Shown here: positions 1 through 8,585 of the stretch, in pieces
Layout: every line of letters starts with the position of its first letter
Position numbering within the stretch: position 1 is the first letter of the stretch
DNA from: an uncultured bacterium
GTDB lineage: Bacteria > Hydrothermota > Tepidihabitantia > SM23-42
Length of the DNA stretch: 64,000 nt
Direction: 5' to 3'
NCBI GenBank assembly: GCA_965603515.1
Contig: CBFDDH010000007.1
Location: 1,231 to 65,230 of the forward strand
Made by a program: the position numbers and the translations under genes
The notes under the pieces: generated by a model
What the model was told of the DNA's origin: nothing
Database searches by the model: none
Seen by the model: the letters and a program-made list of their open reading frames with translations, nothing else

Positions 1-104
1 ATACCGCCATCAAAACAGCCTGGCTTATACGGGTCAGTTATGATCCTGACACCAACATCTGATGTGATTAAAAAAGCTGCGTGGCCTAGAAATTTGACCT
101 TCAT
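1..104 (-). CDS. MBL-fold metallo-hydrolase, 5' part only (runs off window start)
   Basis: Manual translation MKVKFLGHAAFLITSDVGVRIITDPYKPGCFDGG is a typical MBL-fold N-terminus; AGAAAGGAG RBS upstream. Confidence 0.8.
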   Translation of the reverse strand, partial: MKVKFLGHAAFLITSDVGVRIITDPYKPGCFDGG

Positions 105-336
105 AATAACTCCTTTCTCACACAAACATAATGTTTTGTAATGCCCTTATGCTTACCCTTATTTCCTGGATTTGAAACTGAGTTATTATATAGAAATCCC
201 ATGAGAAAGCAAGGGAATAATGCTGTTTAAGATAGTTCGTGCCTTGTTTTTGTTCGAACATTGATAATTTGAAACGTCACCACTAAGTAGGGCAGGATTG
301 GCATTGACTTGCAGGGCAATTTAAGTAGAATAGATC

Positions 337-924
337 ATGTCTTTATTGACCGATTTGATCGAGAAACTACAGTGGTTACCTGGTATCGGTAGGAAAACTG
401 CGCAACGGCTTGCATTTTACTTGCAGAAAATGGATAAGGCAAAGGTGCAGGAACTGACTGAAGCAATTGAACGTGCGCGTGATAAACTGAGTGAATGTTC
501 AATCTGCCATAATTGGACAGAGCATAATCCTTGCGCGATTTGCGCCCATCCTGGGCGCAATAAAGACATTATCTGCGTCGTTGAACAACCGTCAGATGTT
601 ATGGTCTTGGAGCGAACGAGTGAATTCAAAGGTCTATATCACGTACTCCACGGCGTAATTTCGCCGATCAACAATGCCGGACCTGATGACTTGCGCATAC
701 AACCGCTCATCAAGCGGATAGAATCACACAATATCACCGAGGTTGTCATGGCGACAAACCCAACTACTGAAGGTGACGTAACGGCGATTTATATTGCCAA
801 GCTTTTGAAACCTTTGGGTATCAAAGTAACGAGGATTGCCCGGGGTCTACCCATGGGCAGCGATCTTGACCTTGCTGATATCACAACTTTGACTAGAGCT
901 TTGGAAGGCAGAATGGAGATTTGA
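337..924 (+). CDS. recR: Recombination mediator RecR
   Basis: HhH LPGIGRKTAQRLA, C4 zinc finger CSICHN..CAIC, Toprim domain, IARGLPMGSDL. Confidence 0.98.
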   Translation: MSLLTDLIEKLQWLPGIGRKTAQRLAFYLQKMDKAKVQELTEAIERARDKLSECSICHNWTEHNPCAICAHPGRNKDIICVVEQPSDVMVLERTSEFKGLYHVLHGVISPINNAGPDDLRIQPLIKRIESHNITEVVMATNPTTEGDVTAIYIAKLLKPLGIKVTRIARGLPMGSDLDLADITTLTRALEGRMEI

Positions 925-1032
925 TCCGCATTATTCATATTTAATTTGTCTAATTTTAAGTAAACGTAGTACCAGCTTGACATTGTAGCATTTTTAGATC
1001 ATAGTCAAATTCAACATTCTGTTTTTTCTTTT

Positions 1033-1179
1033 GTCATTGCGAGGAATCCTGAGCTTGTCGAAGGGGACGAAGCAATCTCATTTGTTATTGGTAAATCTGG
1101 GATTTCCACGCCCGATAAATCCCGCAATTCTATTTATAAAATCATGATACGAAGCGGGATAAATCAAGCTCGCAATGAC
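1033..1179. repeat. Palindromic miniature repeat, copy 1
   Basis: Perfect 11-bp terminal inverted repeats GTCATTGCGAG/CTCGCAATGAC and internal GAAGCAATCTC; related copies at 17807 and 46821. Confidence 0.8.
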
Positions 1180-1253
1180 GATTTGCGTAAATAATCAGGT
1201 TGTTAAGCGAATTGAACCACGAAGGAGTTGCTCAATTTATTGAGCCTAAGAAG

Positions 1254-1278
1254 AAAAGGGCGGCAAAGCCGCCCTTTT
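1254..1278. terminator. Bidirectional intrinsic terminator
   Basis: AAAAGGGCGGC-AAA-GCCGCCCTTTT between convergent genes. Confidence 0.8.
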
Positions 1279-1393
1279 ACTGATTAATTTCCTCCCCCTT
1301 GCTGCAAATCCCGAGTTCCATCGAGGGGAAAGAGAATACTCCCCCAATTTCCTCCCACTTGAAGGGGGAGGACAAAGGTGGGGGTGAAACTAT

Positions 1394-2227
1394 TTACGGT
1401 GAGAAGTGCGGGTAATTCGCAATATTCTGGTAAGCATAGGTGATCGTGACTTCTAGAGCAACCTTGTCAACAGCATCAACATGCAACTTCACATAATGTT
1501 CATCTGCTGTCTTAATAATAACCAGATCTCCCTCCACAATAGCCACCGAGGTCGTATCTGCAGGTTCGGTTGTCACTTCGAATATTTCATCAAAACCATA
1601 CTGACCTAGGTTCAAAAGCATGCTAATATTAGCTCCAGTGCCGTATTCTGTATTGTGTGAAGGTGAAGCAGCCGCAACTGTATCATAGGTTGGTGAATCC
1701 CAGGCATCAATCCACATATCTGCAAGACTATCAGCCATTTCAGAATCAGCCATGAGTGTAGCATCAGAGAAACGGATAGCACAGTCTGGATCGGGTCCTG
1801 TGCCAATCTCAAATTTCACTATCGCCGTGAACTCTGGTCTTGGAGATGCCTCAACAAAAGGAACATTCGTATTGTAGGAACCGACAGCATCATCAACATT
1901 GACCGTACGCACCTGGAAATAGTAAACCGTGTCCTGGTCTAAACCAGTGACTTCGTAAAAGAGATCTGTAATGGCATCAGCATTAAATTTATTCAGGTCT
2001 TCTCCATCTATAACGATTAACTCGCTTGAATCGACTGAAAAATAAACATTATAACCTTGGAAATCATCATGTCCTTCAATCATCGTATCTTCATCCCAGG
2101 TAATGGTTACCGACGTTTCATCCATAACCACCATGCTTATCTCTGGTGAGTCGATCAGACTTGCCCCACCACAACCATTTATCAACATTACAACTATTGC
2201 TCCTAAGACTAGCAAAGCCTTCTTCAT
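1394..2227 (-). CDS. Lipoprotein with fibronectin type III-like domain
   Basis: Lipobox LINGC; FN3-like pattern ITITW..GYNVY..VTGL..YYFQVRTVN. Confidence 0.75.
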   Translation of the reverse strand: MKKALLVLGAIVVMLINGCGGASLIDSPEISMVVMDETSVTITWDEDTMIEGHDDFQGYNVYFSVDSSELIVIDGEDLNKFNADAITDLFYEVTGLDQDTVYYFQVRTVNVDDAVGSYNTNVPFVEASPRPEFTAIVKFEIGTGPDPDCAIRFSDATLMADSEMADSLADMWIDAWDSPTYDTVAAASPSHNTEYGTGANISMLLNLGQYGFDEIFEVTTEPADTTSVAIVEGDLVIIKTADEHYVKLHVDAVDKVALEVTITYAYQNIANYPHFSP

Positions 2228-2604
2228 TTTATTCTCCTTTTTTAGTGCCTTTAAAACTGAATTCTTGGCATTTCCAATCCAAAGGCAATAGACCGAAAAT
2301 GCGTCTTATCACGATTGTAGTTTCCTTACATCACCTCCTTTCATGTTATCTAACTATAACTATTATAGAAAATATTTCTCTTTTGTCAAGGGGCAACATT
2401 TTAATTGCAGATTGTAGATTTTAGATTTAATATCTATTTCGGAATCGCTCAATTCTTCAATTACATTCCCCTCGATATACTCGGGACAGGCAGGACAGAT
2501 TTATCAGGCTGTTTCAGGAGCAAAGCGACATGTCTTCAACGAAGTGTGTCTCCAACCGAAGGCGTGTCTGCAATGAAATGTGTCCTCAGAGAAGCGTGTC
2601 TCCG

Positions 2605-4632
2605 TTATTCTTTAAGGCTATTAATTGCTTTCTGAAAGTCCTTTAAATCAATAGGTACGAGCTTAATCGATGACAAGAATTCAAGAAATCCTTCAATGTC
2701 CAGATTCAAATAGTGATCTTCGATCTGCATATCAATTGGCAGGTCATAAAGGTAGGCGCCGCTGCCCAAGGCGTCTTCAAGTCTGGCGATATTTCTTCTG
2801 ATCACTTTCCTTATCGCTTCCTTTTCAGGTATTGGAAAGGCACTACCAGCCAATATCTGGTGGTTCAGGATCAACATTTTACCCTCAGCATCCAGCGCAT
2901 CCTGACTTTGTTCAGAAAGTGCATCAGCAATGATAAACCCGTACAAGTGCCCAAGCAAATGCAGAATATATGTATTACCACGATCAAAAGTTATCGGGAA
3001 TTCCATCACGCCCATATCTGGACAGATGCGCTGTTTCAATACCGACGCTAGCATATAGCTATAATTTCCCTCACCTTTTCCTTCAAAGACCTTAGCGACA
3101 GCTGGAGAATCGCCAATACATTTTGCGAGAACTCTTTTTTCCTTTTCCAAAATTCGTACGGTCTCCCAGCAACGACCGCTAAGGATAAATTTTTGCTTAA
3201 GATGGAAAATCCGACCTATGAGTTTATTGGACTCAACACTTATGACGTCATATTCGCCAAACGCCACATCCGCGATGTTCGAATGTATCTTTCCCCAACG
3301 TATCTTCTCTTCAAGTTCATAACCGTCGAAATATATACCTGGTCTGTTCTCTTTCACTTTTCCATCATCGATCAATTTCTTAAATGCAGTTCTTATCTGT
3401 GTTTCAGTATAGACCGGTACTAAGATCCTATATATGCTTTGCAGGGTTGTTCCAATGCGCTGGCGTTGATATAAATAAGAGTAGATCTGCTGCGGTATTA
3501 CTGATAATGAAGGTTGATAGCGTTTCTCAAACAATTGCCCCTTGATCGCACAGTCAAAATAGATCTCAAACAGCATTCTTTCCCATGTATTCGTATAGAT
3601 ACCTAGCGCGAACAACTTGTTGGTACGGCGATTCCCCCGACCTATCCTCTGGAGTAACGAAGAGATATCAAACGGCGGTCGGTAAAGAACCACACAATCC
3701 ACATCACCGATATCGATCCCCAGTTCAAGTGTAGAAGTGGCGCATAAAATGCCGATTTCACCCTGATTCATCCTGTGTTCAACTTCTTCACGCCGCTGTT
3801 TTTGAAGACTCGCATGGTGAACAAATACGGCATCATGGAACGGTGGTCTATTAAATTTCCGGGAGAAGAGTTCAGCCAGACTCCGGGCATTAAAAAAAAT
3901 GAGTATCTTCTTAAACCCCCTTTGCTTTGCTAATCGAAAGACTTTTTGAATAAAATCATCTTGTTCAATCAACTCATACTCTATCTCACGCGTCGATTTC
4001 AAAAAACATACTTTTGCATCATCAAAATAGTGTGCTCCGATATCCATATCGTCAATCGTTGCGGAAAGAGCACAATACTGGAGTTTATCATGGAATTTTC
4101 GCAAACGTTTGAGCAGAACCCTCAACTGGTCGCCGCGCGGCGTATTATCAAGCAGATGTATTTCGTCAAGCACTACCGCACTCAGCGTCTGTAAAACACG
4201 TGGTTTGCGAGCAAGCATCGAATCAAAAGACTCGGGTGTGGTGAGCAAAACTGCAGGCAGATGTTTCAAATCAAGTCGTGGTCGATCACCAGTCTTGCGC
4301 CCCAGTTCTACACCAACATAGGTTACTGGATCGACTAACCTACGAAAGAGATCATTGACAAGCGCTCGGGTTGGCGAAACATAGAGTATCTTCAGCGCGT
4401 TTAAAGACTGCCCCTGGGTATCTCCAAGCATATGTTCTACCAGCGGCGCGATCACCGCCTCGGTTTTCCCGCTCGCCGCAGGTGATATCACTACCACGTT
4501 TTCATGATTTAGAATATGGGGAATAGTCAATTCCTGAATCGGCAAAAAATTCCCAAACCGACTGAAAAACGGCATCCAGGTCCTTCGTAGTCGTCGTTTA
4601 ATATCGTTTGCAGATGTAATGGTCATTATCAT
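2605..4632 (-). CDS. Lhr-like DEAD/DEAH-box SF2 helicase (BrxHI-like)
   Basis: Q motif FLPIQ, ASGKTEA, TTPES, DEIH, SAT, TSTLELGIDIG, QRIGRGNR. Confidence 0.9.
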   Translation of the reverse strand: MIMTITSANDIKRRLRRTWMPFFSRFGNFLPIQELTIPHILNHENVVVISPAASGKTEAVIAPLVEHMLGDTQGQSLNALKILYVSPTRALVNDLFRRLVDPVTYVGVELGRKTGDRPRLDLKHLPAVLLTTPESFDSMLARKPRVLQTLSAVVLDEIHLLDNTPRGDQLRVLLKRLRKFHDKLQYCALSATIDDMDIGAHYFDDAKVCFLKSTREIEYELIEQDDFIQKVFRLAKQRGFKKILIFFNARSLAELFSRKFNRPPFHDAVFVHHASLQKQRREEVEHRMNQGEIGILCATSTLELGIDIGDVDCVVLYRPPFDISSLLQRIGRGNRRTNKLFALGIYTNTWERMLFEIYFDCAIKGQLFEKRYQPSLSVIPQQIYSYLYQRQRIGTTLQSIYRILVPVYTETQIRTAFKKLIDDGKVKENRPGIYFDGYELEEKIRWGKIHSNIADVAFGEYDVISVESNKLIGRIFHLKQKFILSGRCWETVRILEKEKRVLAKCIGDSPAVAKVFEGKGEGNYSYMLASVLKQRICPDMGVMEFPITFDRGNTYILHLLGHLYGFIIADALSEQSQDALDAEGKMLILNHQILAGSAFPIPEKEAIRKVIRRNIARLEDALGSGAYLYDLPIDMQIEDHYLNLDIEGFLEFLSSIKLVPIDLKDFQKAINSLKE

Positions 4633-4786
4633 TTATTCTCGACTGGAGGTCGCTTCGATCATATGAGAATACCTGAATCCCCTAAATTCTTAAACCCCGT
4701 TAGATACCTGCTATCTAAACGGGGTAGATAGCTAAAAATAATCTGCGCCTTACCCATTATTTATCGTGTAGAGTGCGAAGCATATT

Positions 4787-6091
4787 CTACTGGGACTCCT
4801 TACGTGGTCTCTGCGTTCCCAGCCTCAGCCAGTCAAACGCTTCTACTGAAAATTTGATGAACTCTCTAAGTTCCCCGCTTCCTCTTTTGAGAGCAGCATT
4901 GAATACATTCCCCCGGCGTGATATTTCGATAGTGAAACTCGGATAGGCGCAATTGTATGCATCAACCAGGTTATCAAATATCACCTCGAGTTCAGATTTG
5001 CTGAATCTACGGAGATAGTATCGGTTTTTGACAAGTTTCACGATATTATCAAGACCTCGGAGCCCGTGAATTGGGGTTATGGCAAAAATGATCATCATAT
5101 GTGATTCTTTATAGATATAAGGTGTCGGTCTAACTTTATTATGCACCAACCTCGTGTCGATCTGTTTAAGTTCATCGCTATCTAGCGCTGCGAGGATCAA
5201 GCCTTCGAGAAAACTCAAACCCCTGCTGTAGAATACATAATCCCATATGCGGGTGACTGTTTCAACCTCATCGAGCACGAGCACCAAACCTCCGAGACCC
5301 GCTTTATGGATCAAATAACTCAACCCCGTAAATATGTAAGAGTAAAAATCACCCGCTGTTGAAAAATCATAGAGCGCCGGTATTTTTTGACCACCGCGTA
5401 CACGAAACGGCGCTCGTGAATCAGTGGCGTATTTCTTTGTAGACTCACCCTCAATCCACTGCCAGAAAACCTCGCTCATCAAATCTGCATTGTCCATATC
5501 CTGCAGTATTTTCAAAACCGGTGTTAAGAAACAATGGTCTTGCATTTTTATATCTGACACTATCTTCAACAAATCACGGAAATGGAATTCGCAGTTGTCT
5601 TTAATATAGCGCAGATTGTAAATCAATTCTCGGTAAACCCGCTTTGGCCTGTGTAATGGCGTCTCTTGTGGACTCAATTCGCAATAGGCTGTAACGAGAC
5701 CGCGTTTTAAAGACAAATGGCGTGTATATTCGAGAAGATGAGTTTTACCTGAACCGTAAGAACCTTCGATAAGATATACGTCTCCTTGTCCTTTTTTCAA
5801 TTTTTGTATGCCTTGTTCCAGGGCACTGATCTCGTAGGCACGACCAAAGGTAAAAGAATCGATATCCTGATGTGGAACAACCCCCATCCTAAATGCCTCG
5901 AGCAATCTCTTCGACGATATCTGATCAAGTTCTGTTTTGTGTGCAGCAATCGACTTCAGCCACCTGGACGGCAACCATAAACACAATCCACTCCTGAACT
6001 TAACCTGTGCTTCCCCCCCATCCCAACGGGTCGCCACAACAACACCTTCACCAAAAACAGAGTGGGCTACGATATCGCTTTGCTGTTTCAT
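4787..6091 (-). CDS. DUF2791/BrxD-like P-loop ATPase with N-terminal Tudor/KOW-like domain
   Basis: Walker A GSYGSGKTH, Walker B LVLVLDEVE, EAFRMGVVP-type opening of the ATPase domain; N-terminal VAHSVFGEGVV. Confidence 0.8.
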   Translation of the reverse strand: MKQQSDIVAHSVFGEGVVVATRWDGGEAQVKFRSGLCLWLPSRWLKSIAAHKTELDQISSKRLLEAFRMGVVPHQDIDSFTFGRAYEISALEQGIQKLKKGQGDVYLIEGSYGSGKTHLLEYTRHLSLKRGLVTAYCELSPQETPLHRPKRVYRELIYNLRYIKDNCEFHFRDLLKIVSDIKMQDHCFLTPVLKILQDMDNADLMSEVFWQWIEGESTKKYATDSRAPFRVRGGQKIPALYDFSTAGDFYSYIFTGLSYLIHKAGLGGLVLVLDEVETVTRIWDYVFYSRGLSFLEGLILAALDSDELKQIDTRLVHNKVRPTPYIYKESHMMIIFAITPIHGLRGLDNIVKLVKNRYYLRRFSKSELEVIFDNLVDAYNCAYPSFTIEISRRGNVFNAALKRGSGELREFIKFSVEAFDWLRLGTQRPRKESQ

Positions 6092-6161
6092 CTGCTGCGG
6101 TATGTATCTATTTAGTCATTTAACTATTCAACCATACGACTATCTGACCATTCAACCAGTA

Positions 6162-7418
6162 TCAGAACTCTTCTCTTTCAACATCTTCTTTTTCCTTATC
6201 ACCAAGCATCTTGATCGTAGAACGTAAGATCTGCTGTACTTCAACCTTGCCCAGCAACTCATTCTTGTCTCTTAGGTGCTGAAATACTTCAATGATCCCG
6301 ATAACAAAAATCCTGCGGTAGCTGATATCAAGCGACTGCAATTCTACAGCAGCATGTATCATATTGTCCATGGATTCATGGAGAACTTCTTTATCAAAAT
6401 CAAAGCGGTAGGCAACCCGGAAGATTTCGGCAAGCTTAACGCCCAACCTGGTCAGGAATTCTTCAGGGGTTACACCGATTTCCTCGAGGTTGATCTTGAC
6501 CCCCATCGGATTGATGCGAGTAAAACTGGAACGCAGGCGTTGTTTTAATGCTTCGTAGACACCACCACTCCCTTCAAGAAGAAGGTTCTCATCGGGTACT
6601 GCATAGAAAAACATTGCCCCGGGCAGCCTTGAATTACCGCACTCATCGACCAATTGACGAAGGTTATCGAGTGCCCGACGCTTGTCCCTGGTCGATGAAA
6701 TACTCATCCCCCGCTCTGCTTCATCAAACAGAAAGATCAGCCCGGTATAGCCTATGGAATCGATAAATTGAACCAGGCTACGCAGCATCCTAAATGCAGT
6801 ACTGCGATCGATGCGCTCGGAAATCCGATGACGCAGTCTCAATTCTCTCGGGATATCTTCACCTTTCAACCATTGAACAAGACCGTTGAATTCATCTTCA
6901 TCATCGCTGGCCAAACTCAGCACCGCTGCTTTAAGTGCATTTGTGTAACTTGAACTCTCAAGGTTCGTGATCTGGGAGATGAAATCCCTTTGTTCGCGGG
7001 CATTCTTGTACCAGTGTCTTAGCAAAGTCTCAATACCTGTCCCTTGGGCTGGTTTAGAAGCAACTAATGTCTGCGGCGATATTATGTTAGCGGCGATTTT
7101 TTTATAGACAAGTTCCAAACGGTCAAACGGGCATTCTGTAGGACTAAGACTCACATAACTCGTCACATAGTTTTGCCGCCAGGCAAGGTTTCTTATCGAA
7201 TACAAAAAATGAGTCTTGCCTCCGCCGTAGTTGCCGGTTATCAATTTGAATGAAGACAAATTAAATTTTAACATATCCTTCAAATATTCGTTCTCAATGA
7301 CTTCGAGATAAGGTTCTAATCCGACTGTAAAATGTTCAGTACCGAATTCCGGTGGTGTACCAAAACTACCGAGTTTATGAATGATTGCTTTTGCTAATTT
7401 CTGGTCTTCCTGTTTCAT
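6162..7418 (-). CDS. DUF2791/BrxD-like P-loop ATPase
   Basis: Walker A GNYGGGKTH, Walker B LIFLFDEAE, FGTPP, DNLRQLVD, YEALKQRL. Confidence 0.85.
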   Translation of the reverse strand: MKQEDQKLAKAIIHKLGSFGTPPEFGTEHFTVGLEPYLEVIENEYLKDMLKFNLSSFKLITGNYGGGKTHFLYSIRNLAWRQNYVTSYVSLSPTECPFDRLELVYKKIAANIISPQTLVASKPAQGTGIETLLRHWYKNAREQRDFISQITNLESSSYTNALKAAVLSLASDDEDEFNGLVQWLKGEDIPRELRLRHRISERIDRSTAFRMLRSLVQFIDSIGYTGLIFLFDEAERGMSISSTRDKRRALDNLRQLVDECGNSRLPGAMFFYAVPDENLLLEGSGGVYEALKQRLRSSFTRINPMGVKINLEEIGVTPEEFLTRLGVKLAEIFRVAYRFDFDKEVLHESMDNMIHAAVELQSLDISYRRIFVIGIIEVFQHLRDKNELLGKVEVQQILRSTIKMLGDKEKEDVEREEF

Positions 7419-7475
7419 TTAGTTAGTTGATTTCTTTATATCCTGACATCCTTTGATCTTTAGGTATTTAGGCAT

Positions 7476-8321
7476 TTAGGTATTTTGGATTTTTTCGAAG
7501 GATATGTGTGAATAATGAGTCCCTTCACCCTCATCATTTTCCAATATCCAGAGGGTGTTAATTTTATCAACTGTCGCATCAAACGTTGCAACGTGTAGCC
7601 TGATATTCTTCTCAAAAAACTCTGATCTTTTCAGGAAGTACATAAGATAACTCAGAGTAACGCGCGAATATCCTCGGAATTTACTTTTCTGGGGATCAAT
7701 CAAGAATTGCTTGGATTGTTGCAACAAAACGAATTCACTGAGTACCTTCATGATCGGTGTTTTTTCACCAAAGGATTGACCAGTCATAATGAGTCGGCGC
7801 TTATAAGCCTCGTGTAAAGTCTCATACATATCAGCCGCTGTCATTTTGAGTGCATGCAAATCATTATCAAACTTTTTCACCGTCTCAAATACAGTTACTG
7901 CCTGGAGCGGGATCTTTGATTTTATTCTCTCAATTTCAGGACCGAAGAACAACTCGACCGAGCCAAACTCGAAATCAATTTTAAGGGTGTATATCCCCAT
8001 CCGAAGAATCGGATACTGACCTCTGATTTTTTTACCCTCTTGAGCAAAAAGCGCGGTTAGCTCTTGACCAAATTTGATCCTGAATTCTTCTTTGAAACCA
8101 TCTATCTTTTTCTTTTCTTTAACCAACCACTCAGTCAGGTCTTTAGCCAATTCCTTTACAGTCAACTCGGACAGGCAGCTTTCAATCATCTGCAGATTCT
8201 TCTCAAGCAAATAGGCATTATCTACTGGTTTAGACCTGATTTTGTCATATTTATTCAATAACTTGGTCAATCTGTTGATACCTTTTACTGCTGTCCTAAG
8301 CCTCTTTAGAATCTCATCCAC
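7476..8321 (-). CDS. Hypothetical protein, helical Lys/Glu-rich N-terminus; first gene of the ATPase/helicase operon
   Basis: 281-aa ORF directly behind a TTGACA-16-TATAAT promoter, co-oriented with the three downstream genes. Confidence 0.75.
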   Translation of the reverse strand: MDEILKRLRTAVKGINRLTKLLNKYDKIRSKPVDNAYLLEKNLQMIESCLSELTVKELAKDLTEWLVKEKKKIDGFKEEFRIKFGQELTALFAQEGKKIRGQYPILRMGIYTLKIDFEFGSVELFFGPEIERIKSKIPLQAVTVFETVKKFDNDLHALKMTAADMYETLHEAYKRRLIMTGQSFGEKTPIMKVLSEFVLLQQSKQFLIDPQKSKFRGYSRVTLSYLMYFLKRSEFFEKNIRLHVATFDATVDKINTLWILENDEGEGTHYSHISFEKIQNT

Positions 8322-8585
8322 GACCCATTATAATCTGGAAAAAGTTAGTGTCAAGGATTGCCAGTACCGTTTCAAATCATAATACTCGATTTTCGAATTC
8401 CGTAGTGGTCGAGCTTGCTCGACTAACAATGCAGACCAAGCCTTGGTCCCGAGTTCAGATCGAGGGGGTCTGCCACTACAGTTTTCTGAGATTCCAGCAA
8501 AAACTTGAAACACACTATTTGAAACGGCACCAGTACTAGATAATATCATATCTTGACTTAAGTATCATAAGTATTATAATAAATT

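Noticed and set aside
2605-8321. Calling the ATPase/helicase operon a BREX system
   Set aside because: No pglX, pglZ, brxC or pglW is present in the window; only BrxD-like and BrxHI-like components.
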